Below, piece by piece: positions 1 to 9,271 of a DNA stretch of 64,000 nucleotides. The notes under the pieces were generated by a model. That model searched no databases. It worked only from the letters and a program-made list of their open reading frames with translations, and was not told the DNA's origin. Every line of letters starts with the position of its first letter. The first letter of the stretch is position 1. Source of the stretch: an uncultured bacterium (GTDB lineage: Bacteria > Hinthialibacterota > Hinthialibacteria > Hinthialibacterales > JAKPRU01); assembly GCA_964612675.1 (NCBI GenBank), contig CAZTDD010000004.1, positions 38,386-102,385 on the forward strand. The letters run 5' to 3'. Made by a program: the position numbers and the translations under genes.

Positions 1-241
1 GGTCTTACAGCGTTTGTGATCTTCGTCTCAACCACACCCGGTGATGAAAATCAAAAAAAAATGCACTCGACACCTTGAAAAATCTCGCGAAGTCTGAACA
101 ATACGCGTAGGGGTCGGCCTTCGCGCACTAAGTTGAGCGAACCGAATATCCTGCTTGTCGGGTGGAGAGAGAAAGAAGGTAGAGCCGACCCCTTCTCTAT
201 ATTCCCTATCCCTCATTGTGCGGTATTGGAATCGGACGCAA

Positions 242-838
242 TTAGCGGAGGATGTCCTTTAAGTCAATTTCGATCCCGGGGAATCCTTGCGGCGAGATGG
301 TTCCCTCCTTGAACCGGCGTACGTCCTCGTAATCAGAACCTGAAGGACTCATGTAGATCTCTACGCACTTATCCTGAAGATTCACAAGCCAAACCTCCGG
401 AATTCCCGCCTTCGCATAAAGGGGAATCTTCACCTCGCGGTCATAACGAACCGAGGCATCCGCAACCTCAACGATAAGCAGGACATCTTCGGGGCAGGGA
501 TGCGACTCGGCGTAGAAATCATCGCGGGGCGTGAGTAGTGCAATATCCGGCTCCGGTTCGGAGTATTCGTCTAAGCGAACGGGTCCCTGAACGCGGACGA
601 TAGCCCGTCTGTCGAGGTGGAAAGAAAGGATTTGATTCAGTTGGTCCACGCATGCTCCGTGCCGGCTCCCGATCGGTGTCATCTGCACGATCTCCCCTTT
701 GATGAGTTCGACCCGGTCGTCTTCCGTCAAAATCCCCGAATCCGCCATCCGGTAATACTCGTCCACCGTGAACGCGCGTACCCGAGGTTCAGCCAACGTG
801 CCAGGTCCTCCGTATGGTTCCGCCTGCTTAATCGCCAT
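242..838 (-). CDS. Uma2 family endonuclease (DUF820, PD-(D/E)XK fold), tandem paralog 1 of 4
   Basis: 198-aa ORF. Carries motifs typical of Uma2/DUF820 restriction-endonuclease-like proteins: FTVDEYYRMADSGIL..DDRVELIxGEIVQMTPIGSRH and EVADASVRYDREVKIPLYAKAGIPEVWIVNL. Highly similar to the three adjacent ORFs, each separated by a 9-10 bp spacer. Confidence 0.75.
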   Translation of the reverse strand: MAIKQAEPYGGPGTLAEPRVRAFTVDEYYRMADSGILTEDDRVELIKGEIVQMTPIGSRHGACVDQLNQILSFHLDRRAIVRVQGPVRLDEYSEPEPDIALLTPRDDFYAESHPCPEDVLLIVEVADASVRYDREVKIPLYAKAGIPEVWLVNLQDKCVEIYMSPSGSDYEDVRRFKEGTISPQGFPGIEIDLKDILR

Positions 839-847
839 CTGTCCTCT

Positions 848-1447
848 TTACACCAGGATTTCTTCCACACGGATCTCCACTTCCGAAAACGCCGTGGGAG
901 AGAGTGACTGTCCTTTTCTCAATATAGAGGTTTCTTCATACCCGGATTCGACAGGATTTCTAAACATTTCAATGGTCTTATCCGGAAGATTGACAATCCA
1001 CACCTCCGGGATTCCCGCTTTCGCATACAGCGGGATTTTCACCTCCCGATCGTAACGCACCGAAGCGTCCGCGACCTCGATGATGAGCAAAACATCCTCG
1101 GGTCCGGGATGCGACTTGGCGTAGAAATCATCGCGCTCTTTGAGCACTGCGATGTCCGGCTCGGGCTCGGTGAACTCGTCCAAACGGATTGGATCCTGGA
1201 CACTTAGAATCTCCTCGCCCCCGATCATGTTGGTGAACACCTTAATGAGTTTCTTCACACATGCTGCGTGCCGGCTGCCGATCGGTGTCATCTGCACGAT
1301 CTCCCCTTCGATGAGTTCGACCCGGTCGTCATCCGTCAAGATACCCGAATCCGCCATTCGGTAGTATTCGTCCACCGAAAACGGCCGTCTTCGAGGTTCG
1401 ACCAATGTGCCGGGTTCTCCGTATGGTGCCGCCTGCTTAATCGCCAT
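848..1447 (-). CDS. Uma2 family endonuclease (DUF820), tandem paralog 2
   Basis: 199-aa ORF with the same conserved blocks as 242-838; family assignment is from motif recognition. Confidence 0.75.
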   Translation of the reverse strand: MAIKQAAPYGEPGTLVEPRRRPFSVDEYYRMADSGILTDDDRVELIEGEIVQMTPIGSRHAACVKKLIKVFTNMIGGEEILSVQDPIRLDEFTEPEPDIAVLKERDDFYAKSHPGPEDVLLIIEVADASVRYDREVKIPLYAKAGIPEVWIVNLPDKTIEMFRNPVESGYEETSILRKGQSLSPTAFSEVEIRVEEILV

Positions 1448-1456
1448 TTGTCTTCT

Positions 1457-2056
1457 TTACACCAGGATTTCTTCCACACGGATCTCCACTTCCGAGAATG
1501 CCGTGGGAGAGAGTGTGTCTCCTTTTCTGGAAATGCGGATCTTCTCATACTCGGACCCGCGAGGATTCCGATACACTTCAATGGTTTTATCCGGAAGATT
1601 GACAATCCACACCTCAGGAATTCCCGCTTTCGCATACAGCGGGATTTTCACCTCCCGATCGTAACGAACCGAAGCGTCCGCGACCTCGATGATGAGCAGG
1701 ACATCTTCGGATCCGGGATGCGACTCAGTATAGAAATCATTGCGTGCCCTGAGGATTGCGATATCCGGCTCGGGCTCGGAATAATCGTCGAGACGAACCG
1801 GGTTCTGACCGTTGAGAATTCCGTCATCGCCGATCATCTTGACGAATATTTTTGTGAGTCTCATAACACATCCCGCATGCCGACTCCCAATTGGTGTCAT
1901 TTGGACGATCTTCCCCTCGATAAGTTCGACCCGGTCGTCTTCCGTCAAAATGCCCGCGTCCGCCATCCGGTAATACTCGTCCACCGTGAACGCGCGTACT
2001 CGAGGTTCGGCCAACGTGCCGGGTCCTGCGTATGGTGTTGCTTGCTGAATCGCCAT
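1457..2056 (-). CDS. Uma2 family endonuclease (DUF820), tandem paralog 3
   Basis: 199-aa ORF with the same conserved blocks as 242-838. Confidence 0.75.
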   Translation of the reverse strand: MAIQQATPYAGPGTLAEPRVRAFTVDEYYRMADAGILTEDDRVELIEGKIVQMTPIGSRHAGCVMRLTKIFVKMIGDDGILNGQNPVRLDDYSEPEPDIAILRARNDFYTESHPGSEDVLLIIEVADASVRYDREVKIPLYAKAGIPEVWIVNLPDKTIEVYRNPRGSEYEKIRISRKGDTLSPTAFSEVEIRVEEILV

Positions 2057-2065
2057 CTGTGCTCT

Positions 2066-2662
2066 TTACACCAGGATCTCTTCCACACGGATCTCCAGTT
2101 CCGAAAACGCCGTGGGAGAAAGTGCCTGCCCTTTTCTCAATATAGAGGTTTCTTCATACCCGGATTCGACAGGATTTCTATACACTTCAATGGTTTTATC
2201 CGGAAGATTGACAATCCACACCTCAGGGATTCCCGCTTTCGCATACAGCGGGATTTTTACCTCCCGATCATAACGAACCGAGGCGTCCGCGACCTCGACA
2301 ACCAACAGCACGTCGCTCGGTCCGGGATGCGACTCGGCGTAAAAATCATCCCGGGGTTTAAGTAGAGAAATATCCGGCTCGGGCTCGGAGAATTCGTCTA
2401 ACCGTAATGGATTCTGGACGTAGACTATGGCTTGTTTACCGAGCCGAAGAACCAACGTCTCATTCAAGCGACTTACACATGCTGCGTGCCGGCTGCCGAT
2501 TGGTGTCATCTGCACGATCTTCCCCTCGATAAGTTCGACCCGGTCATTCTCGGTCAAGATGCCCGAATCCGCCATTCGGTAGTATTCATCCACCGTAAAA
2601 GGCCGTCTTTGGAGTTCGACCGACATCGTTGGTCCCTCGTCGCTTGTCTTTTTTACCTGCAC
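2066..2662 (-). CDS. Uma2 family endonuclease (DUF820), tandem paralog 4 (divergent N-terminus)
   Basis: 198-aa ORF. Same core motifs (FTVDEYYRMADSGIL, EVADASVRYDREVKIPLYAKAGIPEVWIVNL), but the N-terminal 20 aa differ from the other three copies. Confidence 0.7.
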   Translation of the reverse strand: MQVKKTSDEGPTMSVELQRRPFTVDEYYRMADSGILTENDRVELIEGKIVQMTPIGSRHAACVSRLNETLVLRLGKQAIVYVQNPLRLDEFSEPEPDISLLKPRDDFYAESHPGPSDVLLVVEVADASVRYDREVKIPLYAKAGIPEVWIVNLPDKTIEVYRNPVESGYEETSILRKGQALSPTAFSELEIRVEEILV

Positions 2663-2803
2663 CCTCGTCTATTCTACACATTTTTGGACTTTCCTGCATC
2701 CGGAAATCGCCTCGACTATCGCGCCCGCAAGGCGAGAGACCTGGACGCTGAACAGGGCACAGGTCATCCTGAAGTTGGATGCAGAAAACAGGGAGGATAG
2801 ACA

Positions 2804-3361
2804 ATGGATCGAGACCATGAAGTCGAAGGCTTGATGATCGTCGCGAAGATGATGTGTGCCGCGGCCCGAACCGCCCCCAAGGGCCGAGGGATGGACTTGC
2901 TCGAAACGGCCATCCTGACCGGGGACGATAAGAACCGCGTCGCCGACAAGATGCGCGAAATCGGAACGGAAGTGAAACAACCGTTCTTTATCCGCGATGC
3001 GGACAACCTCAATGCCTCTCCCGCGGCTGTCCTGCTCGGGACGCGGCTCAAACCGATGGGGCTGGACTTTTACTGCCAAATGTGCGGCCACAAAACCTGC
3101 AAGGAAACCGAACAAGCCGGCAGTGTGTGTATCTTCAACAGCAACGATTTAGGAATCGCCACGGGGTCCGCGGTCGCCGTCGCCGCCCGGCATCACATCG
3201 ATTGCCGGATCATGTACACCATCGGCATTGCCGCCCGCGATCTGGGATTGATGGGCAAGGATGTACGCATCGCCATGGGCATCCCGCTCTCTGTTACCGG
3301 TAAGAACATCTTTTTCGACAGAGAGAAGAAAAAGAAGAAAGAGGAAGAGGAAAAAAAGTAA
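2804..3361 (+). CDS. DUF2148/COG4739 ferredoxin-like domain protein with poly-Lys/Glu tail
   Basis: The AARTAPKGRGMD...FFIRDADN...CQMCGHKTC...DLGIATGSAVAVAARHHIDCRIMYTIGIAARDLGL...GIPLS pattern matches the DUF2148 family known from Clostridia and methanogens. The C-terminal KKKKKEEEEKK tail is low complexity. Confidence 0.6.
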   Translation: MDRDHEVEGLMIVAKMMCAAARTAPKGRGMDLLETAILTGDDKNRVADKMREIGTEVKQPFFIRDADNLNASPAAVLLGTRLKPMGLDFYCQMCGHKTCKETEQAGSVCIFNSNDLGIATGSAVAVAARHHIDCRIMYTIGIAARDLGLMGKDVRIAMGIPLSVTGKNIFFDREKKKKKEEEEKK

Positions 3362-3376
3362 TTGTGAAACGAAGTT

Positions 3377-3455
3377 CGCCCGGGAGTTCAACTCCCGAAC
3401 GAGCGCGTGAAGTGAGTGTTAAATGACGCTGGCCCGGGAGTTGAACTCCTGGGCC
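3377..3455. repeat. Two copies of a palindromic hairpin with core GGAGTT[C/G]AACTCC (3377-3401 and 3431-3455)
   Basis: Copy 1 reads cgcccgggagttcaactcccgaacg and copy 2 reads ggcccgggagttgaactcctgggcc. Both lie in the convergent intergenic region between the DUF2148 gene and the pilin-like gene. The same core recurs at 26220-26248 and 46552-46578. Confidence 0.6.
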
Positions 3456-3506
3456 GGTGTTGTCTACGATCCTGGACCGATAGGGGCTTCACTACATCGG
3501 AGTGGA

Positions 3507-4181
3507 TTACTCCATCAAGTTCCCCGGTCCGAAAATGGCGATATCGCCGATGCTGACCAGGCCGTTGCTGGGATCGTAACGGAAGGTGCAGTCATCTCCA
3601 TTGTCGCCGCAGAGACCGTTTGTGTTGACATTTGGCCCGAACGACTTCACAAGCCACTTTGTGGGGCAACCATCTCGCTGGGCCTTCGATATCGCAGCGC
3701 TTCTCAGCAGGAACGGCGGGAAATAAGCCCAATAATCCGCACAGTGCGCATCGCGGAGCCCCTGATTACCGCCAATATCGGGATCGGTAGAGCCGAGCAC
3801 ATATCGGTACCAAGAGACCGTTGCGTAGGGTCCGCCGCCCTGACGTCCACCGCTGCTCAAATCCCAGTTCGGAGGAAAGATATCCTGGGGCACGGAGGTC
3901 AAATAGGCGATCGGTGTAGTCAAAGCATTCAACTTAAACGCCGGCGCGTAATTGTTATGGTCCAAAAAGTACTGTTCTTGAGCAGTAGCGATCGCTCGAA
4001 GGTCCGATTTGACATGGGCGATCTTCGCTCGAAGCTGTGCGTTTAGGAAATTTGGCACCGCGATGGCCGCGAGAATGCCGATAATTGCGACCACGATCAA
4101 CAACTCAATCAAAGTGAAGCCTTTTCTACTCTTCATCATTTTGTCCGCCTGAATCAGGAATGGATTTGTCGGTCTCTTCAT
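3507..4181 (-). CDS. Prepilin-type N-terminal cleavage/methylation domain protein (type IV pilin / T2SS pseudopilin-like, DUF1559-like)
   Basis: Contains the canonical prepilin motif KGFTLIELLIVVAIIGILAAIAVP. The likely true start is the second or third Met at 4139/4136, which gives the short leader MKSRKG. Gly/Asn/Asp-rich C-terminal domain with Cys pairs. Confidence 0.75.
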   Translation of the reverse strand: MKRPTNPFLIQADKMMKSRKGFTLIELLIVVAIIGILAAIAVPNFLNAQLRAKIAHVKSDLRAIATAQEQYFLDHNNYAPAFKLNALTTPIAYLTSVPQDIFPPNWDLSSGGRQGGGPYATVSWYRYVLGSTDPDIGGNQGLRDAHCADYWAYFPPFLLRSAAISKAQRDGCPTKWLVKSFGPNVNTNGLCGDNGDDCTFRYDPSNGLVSIGDIAIFGPGNLME

Positions 4182-4384
4182 AATATGCTAACCCAGATCG
4201 AAAATCCATCAAGACTCAACGAAAATCGAAAACACCGAGGGACAGGCTGTAAGCGAAGCAGAGTCAGCCAATGAATTTATGAATGAACCCTTTCCTCCGG
4301 GGTATCGTATAACAACAGTAGGAACCAGTTTCCAATTCCTGTAATCGATCTGCGAGTTTATCGACCTTCCAATCGAGGTATGAA

Positions 4385-7300
4385 TTGATGAAATCTCTGA
4401 CTCTCGTATCTATCGTACTCCTTGCGGCCGTTGCATTGATAGCAACTGTGTTCTTCATATCCGGACCGGAGAAACAGGTCCAAGAGGTCAGCCAGGCCCT
4501 GGAATCCACCGCTGTTCCTGAACCGACCGCGAACGCGGAAGTAACTCCGGAAGCGCCACCCACGGCAACTCCCACTCCCGCCCCGGCTCTTTCCGGCTAT
4601 GTAATCGACACGTCTGGAGAGGCTCTAGCAGGTGTCGTCGTGAAAGCCAGCGGTACGGAAGAAGTGGCCCAGACCGGTACGGATGGGTATTTCCAATTCA
4701 TGGAGGTCGACGGCGTTACCGCCACCCTGCAGGTCAATCACGAACCGTATTTCCCGACAACTCTAAAGAGCCTCGATCTGCCTACCGGCGATGCACTGTT
4801 CGTCTTGTGCCGGGGAGCGAGCATTCGCGGGAGAGTCACCAACATGCTTTCCCGCCCACAAGCAGGGATTCAGGTCGAACGCCGTTCCGCATCGGGGAAT
4901 TGGCAGGGACCGGCACCGCTCTATGAAAAGGCTGCCGAAAACGGTCTGACCGATGCTGCGTGGCAGGAGATTATCGAGCGAATTCCGAAAGATGCGCTTC
5001 ATCAGATCTGCCTGCTCCAATTCTCAGAAGAGGAATCCACAAGCACCGATGAAGACGGGCGGTATACGCTGGAGGGGCTGCGGCAAGGCTTTTATCACAT
5101 TCGAATCCGACATGGAGATCTGGTCGCAGAACCTCACGAGCGGCTGGTCGTCGATTGGGAAGAGAACCTTGACGGTATCGACTTTCGGCTCACGGCAGGA
5201 CACCACATCCGAGGCAAAGCATTCGAAGCCAAATCCGAGGCCCCGGTTCCCGGAGTCACCGTGAGCCACTACATCAGCGGAGCCACCGCCGTCACGGGTC
5301 AAGACGGGACCTATGCCCTCGGCCCTCTGAACCGCGGAAAATATCAACTAAACATCAACACTCCTCCGGGCTATCTGGTCGCCGATCTTTCGTTCGGTCA
5401 GCAGGGACCCGAGGCAAATGTCATCAATCAAGACGTCGAGGGAATCGACATCAAACTGGAAAAGGCAGGCACTGTCCGAGGACGTGTTGTTGACAGCCAG
5501 GGAAAGGGAGTTGCGAAAGCCAGGGTCTCACTTGCACTGGAATCGATTAATCCAATGACCATGGGACCGACGATGATGCGGCTCGGGCGGTTGATGGAAG
5601 GGAAAGAAGCCGACTCCGAAGGGCGATTCGAATTGACCGGGATCTCAGAAGGGAAAGGATACATCCTTCATGCAGCTGCATCCGAATACCCTCCCGGGAA
5701 ATATGGACCGCTCGACCTGGGATACGGCGAAACGAAAGAAGATATCGAGATTGTGCTGCCGGAGAGTGGTTCCGTGTACGGAAAAGTCACCGATAAGGAA
5801 GGCGAACCTGTGCCGGACTATCATGTGGTGTGCATTTCCGGGGACAACTACTTTGCGTCACTCACCCAATTCGCAAACACAGAGTTGATAAAGAAGGCCG
5901 TTACCGATCAAGACGGCAAATACTCCATCGAGTATGTGGCCGCGGGCAAGAATATCGTAGTCGTATCCCGCCGGGATGTTCCGGGCTCGGGAGGTGGAAT
6001 TCCTCAGAATCAGCAAGTTGTCGAGGTGGCCGGTCCCACCGAGGTCAATTTCACCATCGAGGTTCCGAAACTCGATGGAACCATTAGCGGCCGGATCACC
6101 GATAGCAAAGGAGAACCCGCCCGGGAAGCCGTAGCGCTCGCGATGCACAAGAACATGATGATGGTCCAACAGGAGGGCGGAAGCCAAGAGGGGAGAGTGG
6201 ATGAAGACGGCCAATATAAGATCGAGAATCTCATTGAAGGCACTGAATACAATGTGATGGTGTTGCGGGCCAGAGGACCGGTGAATCCGGCTCAGTTGTT
6301 CTCGAATGCCGTCACGAAGACAGCGAAGGCGTCCTCGGAAAACGTTGATTTCACACTGCCCGGCGAAGGCTCGATCTCGGGCCGTGTGGTGTACGAACTC
6401 ACCGGACGCCCCGTTCCCTCGTTCAGCATCTCCGCCACACGAAAAAGCGAAAACAATCCCATGGGAGCTTTTATAGGCATGATCGAGGGCATGTTCGGCG
6501 GGAAAGAGAGTGACGAATTCAACAGCGCCGACGGGTCCTTCCTCCTTGAAGATCTGCTTGCCGGTACGTACACCCTCGCTGTGAACGGCGAAGGATTCGC
6601 CGCTACGACTGTCGATGGGATCGGTGTGATCGAGGACCAGACCACCGAAGACATCGTCATCGAAGTAGAAGGCGGAGGCGGAGTCGAGGGAATCGTCACC
6701 AATGCCGCTACGAAAGCGCCGATCGAAGGGGCTCTGGTTACCGCATATCCCGGCGGGACCAACAGTGTTTTCTCCTTGATGGGGATGAACCTACCCGACC
6801 CAAACAAAGTCGAAACCAAAACCGGTCCGGATGGGAAGTTCTCGTTCATGGGACTGGACGAAGGCCAGGTGTCGCTAGAGGCCAGCCATCCGGAATATGC
6901 CCCCGGATCGGTAGGACCGGTATTCGTATCCAGTGCGGGAACCCAGGAAGTAGACATTCCGTTGAGCCAGGGCGGACGCATCGAAGGTCACGTCTACGAT
7001 TCTGACGGAACCCCACAGCCCGGGATTCAAATCAACATTGTCTCGGTAAACGGCGAACAGAACATATCCACGACTGCAGACAATGAAGGATTCTATTCGA
7101 AAGACAACGTTCCACCGGGTCACTATGTTGTGACTTTCCCGTTCATGGACATTTTCACGAGCCAGCACAACGGCAGTATGCAAGGCGTCGGGGAAGTCCA
7201 AAACGGCCAAACGACGGTAATCGACATCGGAGGAGGCCAGGGTGTCACTGTCACGGGAATCGTCCAAAGCGCAGGCCGGCCGGTCCCCGGTGTCCAGGTG

Positions 7301-8383
7301 GTGTTTATTCGCGGTTCCGAAGTGAATTTCATTCTGCCCGGCGGGACGCTTGGGGAAACAACAACAAACCCCGATGGGACCTACCGTGTCTCCGGCCTTG
7401 ACGGCGGACCGGCGAAGATCCTCATCGTCCGGATGAACGACCTAATGGCCGGACGGCCTCCGATGACGCTCCATCGCCAGGAGGTGGAACTGCCGCAAAG
7501 CGGCGAGATTCAAATCGATGTTCAGCTGCAGCTTTTGCCGCTCGGCGGCACGGTTCGCGACGCGGAAACCGGCGAACCGATCGCCGATGCGATGCTGATG
7601 ATGTTCCGCGATTTCAGCGGCGGTGAACGAACACCGTTCGAACTGCGGCCCGGCGGCGAAGGGGGAATCGGTACGGGGCAAGTCACGACCGGCGAGGACG
7701 GAAGGTATCTGTTTGAAGAAGTTGCCCCGGGAGAGTATGTCTTATCGTGCCGGGCGCAGGGGTACGGCCAACAGAGCATCGAAATCCGCGTAGAAGCCCA
7801 GCCCACCGGTGAGGTGGATATTCAAATGCCGAAGCAGGTCGGTGAGGTGTCAGGCCGCATCACCGACCGCCAGACAGGCCGGGCGGTTCAAGGCGCCATC
7901 GTCTATTTGATCGACCAGCACGGCCAAATGGTCATGCCCGCGGGTCTCGGCCCTATGGGCATGATGACCGACGAAGGCGGCCATTTCAAAATCGACAGCG
8001 TTGCCCCGGGTGTATATGCGCTGCTCGCAGGCGATCCCATGACGAATGCCTATGGCTGGACACGGATCGACGGTGTGGTCGCACAGGCGGGGGAAGTGAC
8101 GGACTTGGAGATTGAACTGCAGCGTGGTGCGTCGGTAGCGATCGGTCTTATGGATCCACAGGGGCAGCCGCTTATGGGGGCGGAGTGGCAGCTGTTCGAT
8201 GACCGGGGCACCTCAATGGCAGGGCAGACCATGGAGATCGGGAATACGCTACGGACGTCATTGGCTCCGGGACAGTATACGGCCCGTGCCGAGCTGCGTG
8301 GATTTCAATCCGTGGAATTTCCATTCACGATTGAAGAAGGACAGGCCAGTTTCGAGCAGGCGATTACAACCCAGCCGATGTAA
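4385..8383 (+). CDS. Giant (1332 aa) secreted or membrane-anchored protein with more than 10 carboxypeptidase-regulatory-like (CarbopepD_reg / transthyretin-like) beta-sandwich repeats
   Basis: N-terminal hydrophobic anchor LTLVSIVLLAAVALIATVFFI followed by a Pro/Thr/Ala linker. Many ~80-aa modules carry the recurring G.V.D..G.P..GA.V / DGxYxxxxLxxGxY signature. Confidence 0.6.
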   Translation: MMKSLTLVSIVLLAAVALIATVFFISGPEKQVQEVSQALESTAVPEPTANAEVTPEAPPTATPTPAPALSGYVIDTSGEALAGVVVKASGTEEVAQTGTDGYFQFMEVDGVTATLQVNHEPYFPTTLKSLDLPTGDALFVLCRGASIRGRVTNMLSRPQAGIQVERRSASGNWQGPAPLYEKAAENGLTDAAWQEIIERIPKDALHQICLLQFSEEESTSTDEDGRYTLEGLRQGFYHIRIRHGDLVAEPHERLVVDWEENLDGIDFRLTAGHHIRGKAFEAKSEAPVPGVTVSHYISGATAVTGQDGTYALGPLNRGKYQLNINTPPGYLVADLSFGQQGPEANVINQDVEGIDIKLEKAGTVRGRVVDSQGKGVAKARVSLALESINPMTMGPTMMRLGRLMEGKEADSEGRFELTGISEGKGYILHAAASEYPPGKYGPLDLGYGETKEDIEIVLPESGSVYGKVTDKEGEPVPDYHVVCISGDNYFASLTQFANTELIKKAVTDQDGKYSIEYVAAGKNIVVVSRRDVPGSGGGIPQNQQVVEVAGPTEVNFTIEVPKLDGTISGRITDSKGEPAREAVALAMHKNMMMVQQEGGSQEGRVDEDGQYKIENLIEGTEYNVMVLRARGPVNPAQLFSNAVTKTAKASSENVDFTLPGEGSISGRVVYELTGRPVPSFSISATRKSENNPMGAFIGMIEGMFGGKESDEFNSADGSFLLEDLLAGTYTLAVNGEGFAATTVDGIGVIEDQTTEDIVIEVEGGGGVEGIVTNAATKAPIEGALVTAYPGGTNSVFSLMGMNLPDPNKVETKTGPDGKFSFMGLDEGQVSLEASHPEYAPGSVGPVFVSSAGTQEVDIPLSQGGRIEGHVYDSDGTPQPGIQINIVSVNGEQNISTTADNEGFYSKDNVPPGHYVVTFPFMDIFTSQHNGSMQGVGEVQNGQTTVIDIGGGQGVTVTGIVQSAGRPVPGVQVVFIRGSEVNFILPGGTLGETTTNPDGTYRVSGLDGGPAKILIVRMNDLMAGRPPMTLHRQEVELPQSGEIQIDVQLQLLPLGGTVRDAETGEPIADAMLMMFRDFSGGERTPFELRPGGEGGIGTGQVTTGEDGRYLFEEVAPGEYVLSCRAQGYGQQSIEIRVEAQPTGEVDIQMPKQVGEVSGRITDRQTGRAVQGAIVYLIDQHGQMVMPAGLGPMGMMTDEGGHFKIDSVAPGVYALLAGDPMTNAYGWTRIDGVVAQAGEVTDLEIELQRGASVAIGLMDPQGQPLMGAEWQLFDDRGTSMAGQTMEIGNTLRTSLAPGQYTARAELRGFQSVEFPFTIEEGQASFEQAITTQPM

Positions 8384-8390
8384 GGTATGA

Positions 8391-8661
8391 GGGGGTCGCA
8401 AAAAGTCGAAAGTTGGCATCGGAAGTTCCCTCTCCCCCCGGGAGAGGGTTAGGGTGAGGGGCGTTAATTGCATCGGGTTCGATCATTATGACTAGCCTGT
8501 GTATTCGTCAGAGACAGCAAATGAATCAGCGGCAAAGGGTTTGGATGATGACAGGGGTCTGCCACAGACAAAGGAATGTCAGCGGATAATGCAACGTGCC
8601 CTCACCCCGGCCCTCTCCCAGAGGGAGAGGGAGAAGAGTTCTCGCGACTTTTTGCGACGGC
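8391..8661. repeat. Inverted pair of MITE-like repeat copies (A 8391-8463, B 8596-8661) of repeat family 1
   Basis: Copy A is ggtcgcaaaaagtcg...ggaagttccctctccccccgggagagggttagggtgaggg. Copy B is its reverse complement, ccctcaccccggccctctcccagagggagagggagaagagttctcgcgactttttgcgacggc. A third copy lies at 46927-47018. Each copy has an internal ctctccc-N-gggagag palindrome and terminal gtcgcaaaaagtc inverted repeats. Confidence 0.7.
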
Positions 8662-8680
8662 ATCAGGTATGAGGGTGGTG

Positions 8681-9004
8681 TTATCCCTGCAACCAGCTGC
8701 GGATCACCGCGGCAACGTCTTCAGGATTGGATCGACTGAAGTCGCGGACGTACTTCTCCATCTTGAGACGGCGTTGCTGATCGGCGGGAAGGGAGGCAAT
8801 CTCGTCAAAATCCGTGATGCCGAGTTCGGACAGCGTCAATTCACGTTGTGACACGACGGGTTCGGCTTCTTCCAGTTCCTCGCCGAATCCTTCCCGGTCA
8901 GATACCTGTTTCGGCCGGAAATCCCGGCAGGCCATGATATAGCCCGCAATACAGAACGTGGACAGCCCAACGACAATTGTTGCCGTGTTGATCAGTTCTT
9001 CCAT
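8681..9004 (-). CDS. Small membrane protein resembling the C-terminal TM2 plus FliG-binding tail of the flagellar MS-ring protein FliF (orphan fragment)
   Basis: 107 aa with one TM helix (TATIVVGLSTFCIAGYIMA) and an acidic cytoplasmic tail ending NPEDVAAVIRSWLQG. This resembles the conserved FliF C-terminus (D-P-x-V-A-x-V-I-R-x-W-M/L). No FliF N-terminal region is present upstream. The assignment rests on motif similarity only. Confidence 0.35.
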   Translation of the reverse strand: MEELINTATIVVGLSTFCIAGYIMACRDFRPKQVSDREGFGEELEEAEPVVSQRELTLSELGITDFDEIASLPADQQRRLKMEKYVRDFSRSNPEDVAAVIRSWLQG

Positions 9005-9271
9005 ATCGCCATTCCCACAAGCAGTTTACACGTGCATCGAGTGGAGTCGGATTCGCAGTTTCCACCGAACACTCACCTATATAGTACCGATGAATGACAT
9101 CCATCGCAACAATTCCGGCACGCCATGGACTTGACGCTGTTAGCCCTCGGAGTCAAGATAGTTTTGCTATTGACATGGAATTCTACGCTGATATCAAAAT
9201 CTTTGGATATCTCTCTTCGGCAAGGCCGCCCGGAAGCAACTAGAGATACCCACCATCGACTCTGTAACTAA

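Noticed and set aside
1268-2365. 365-aa plus-strand ORF spanning the Uma2 array
   Set aside because: Antisense shadow of the four minus-strand Uma2 genes. It has no motif content and is internally repetitive because it mirrors the paralog array.
3423-4046. 207-aa plus-strand ORF
   Set aside because: It overlaps the minus-strand prepilin gene, which has a textbook N-terminal methylation motif. The plus-strand frame has no features.
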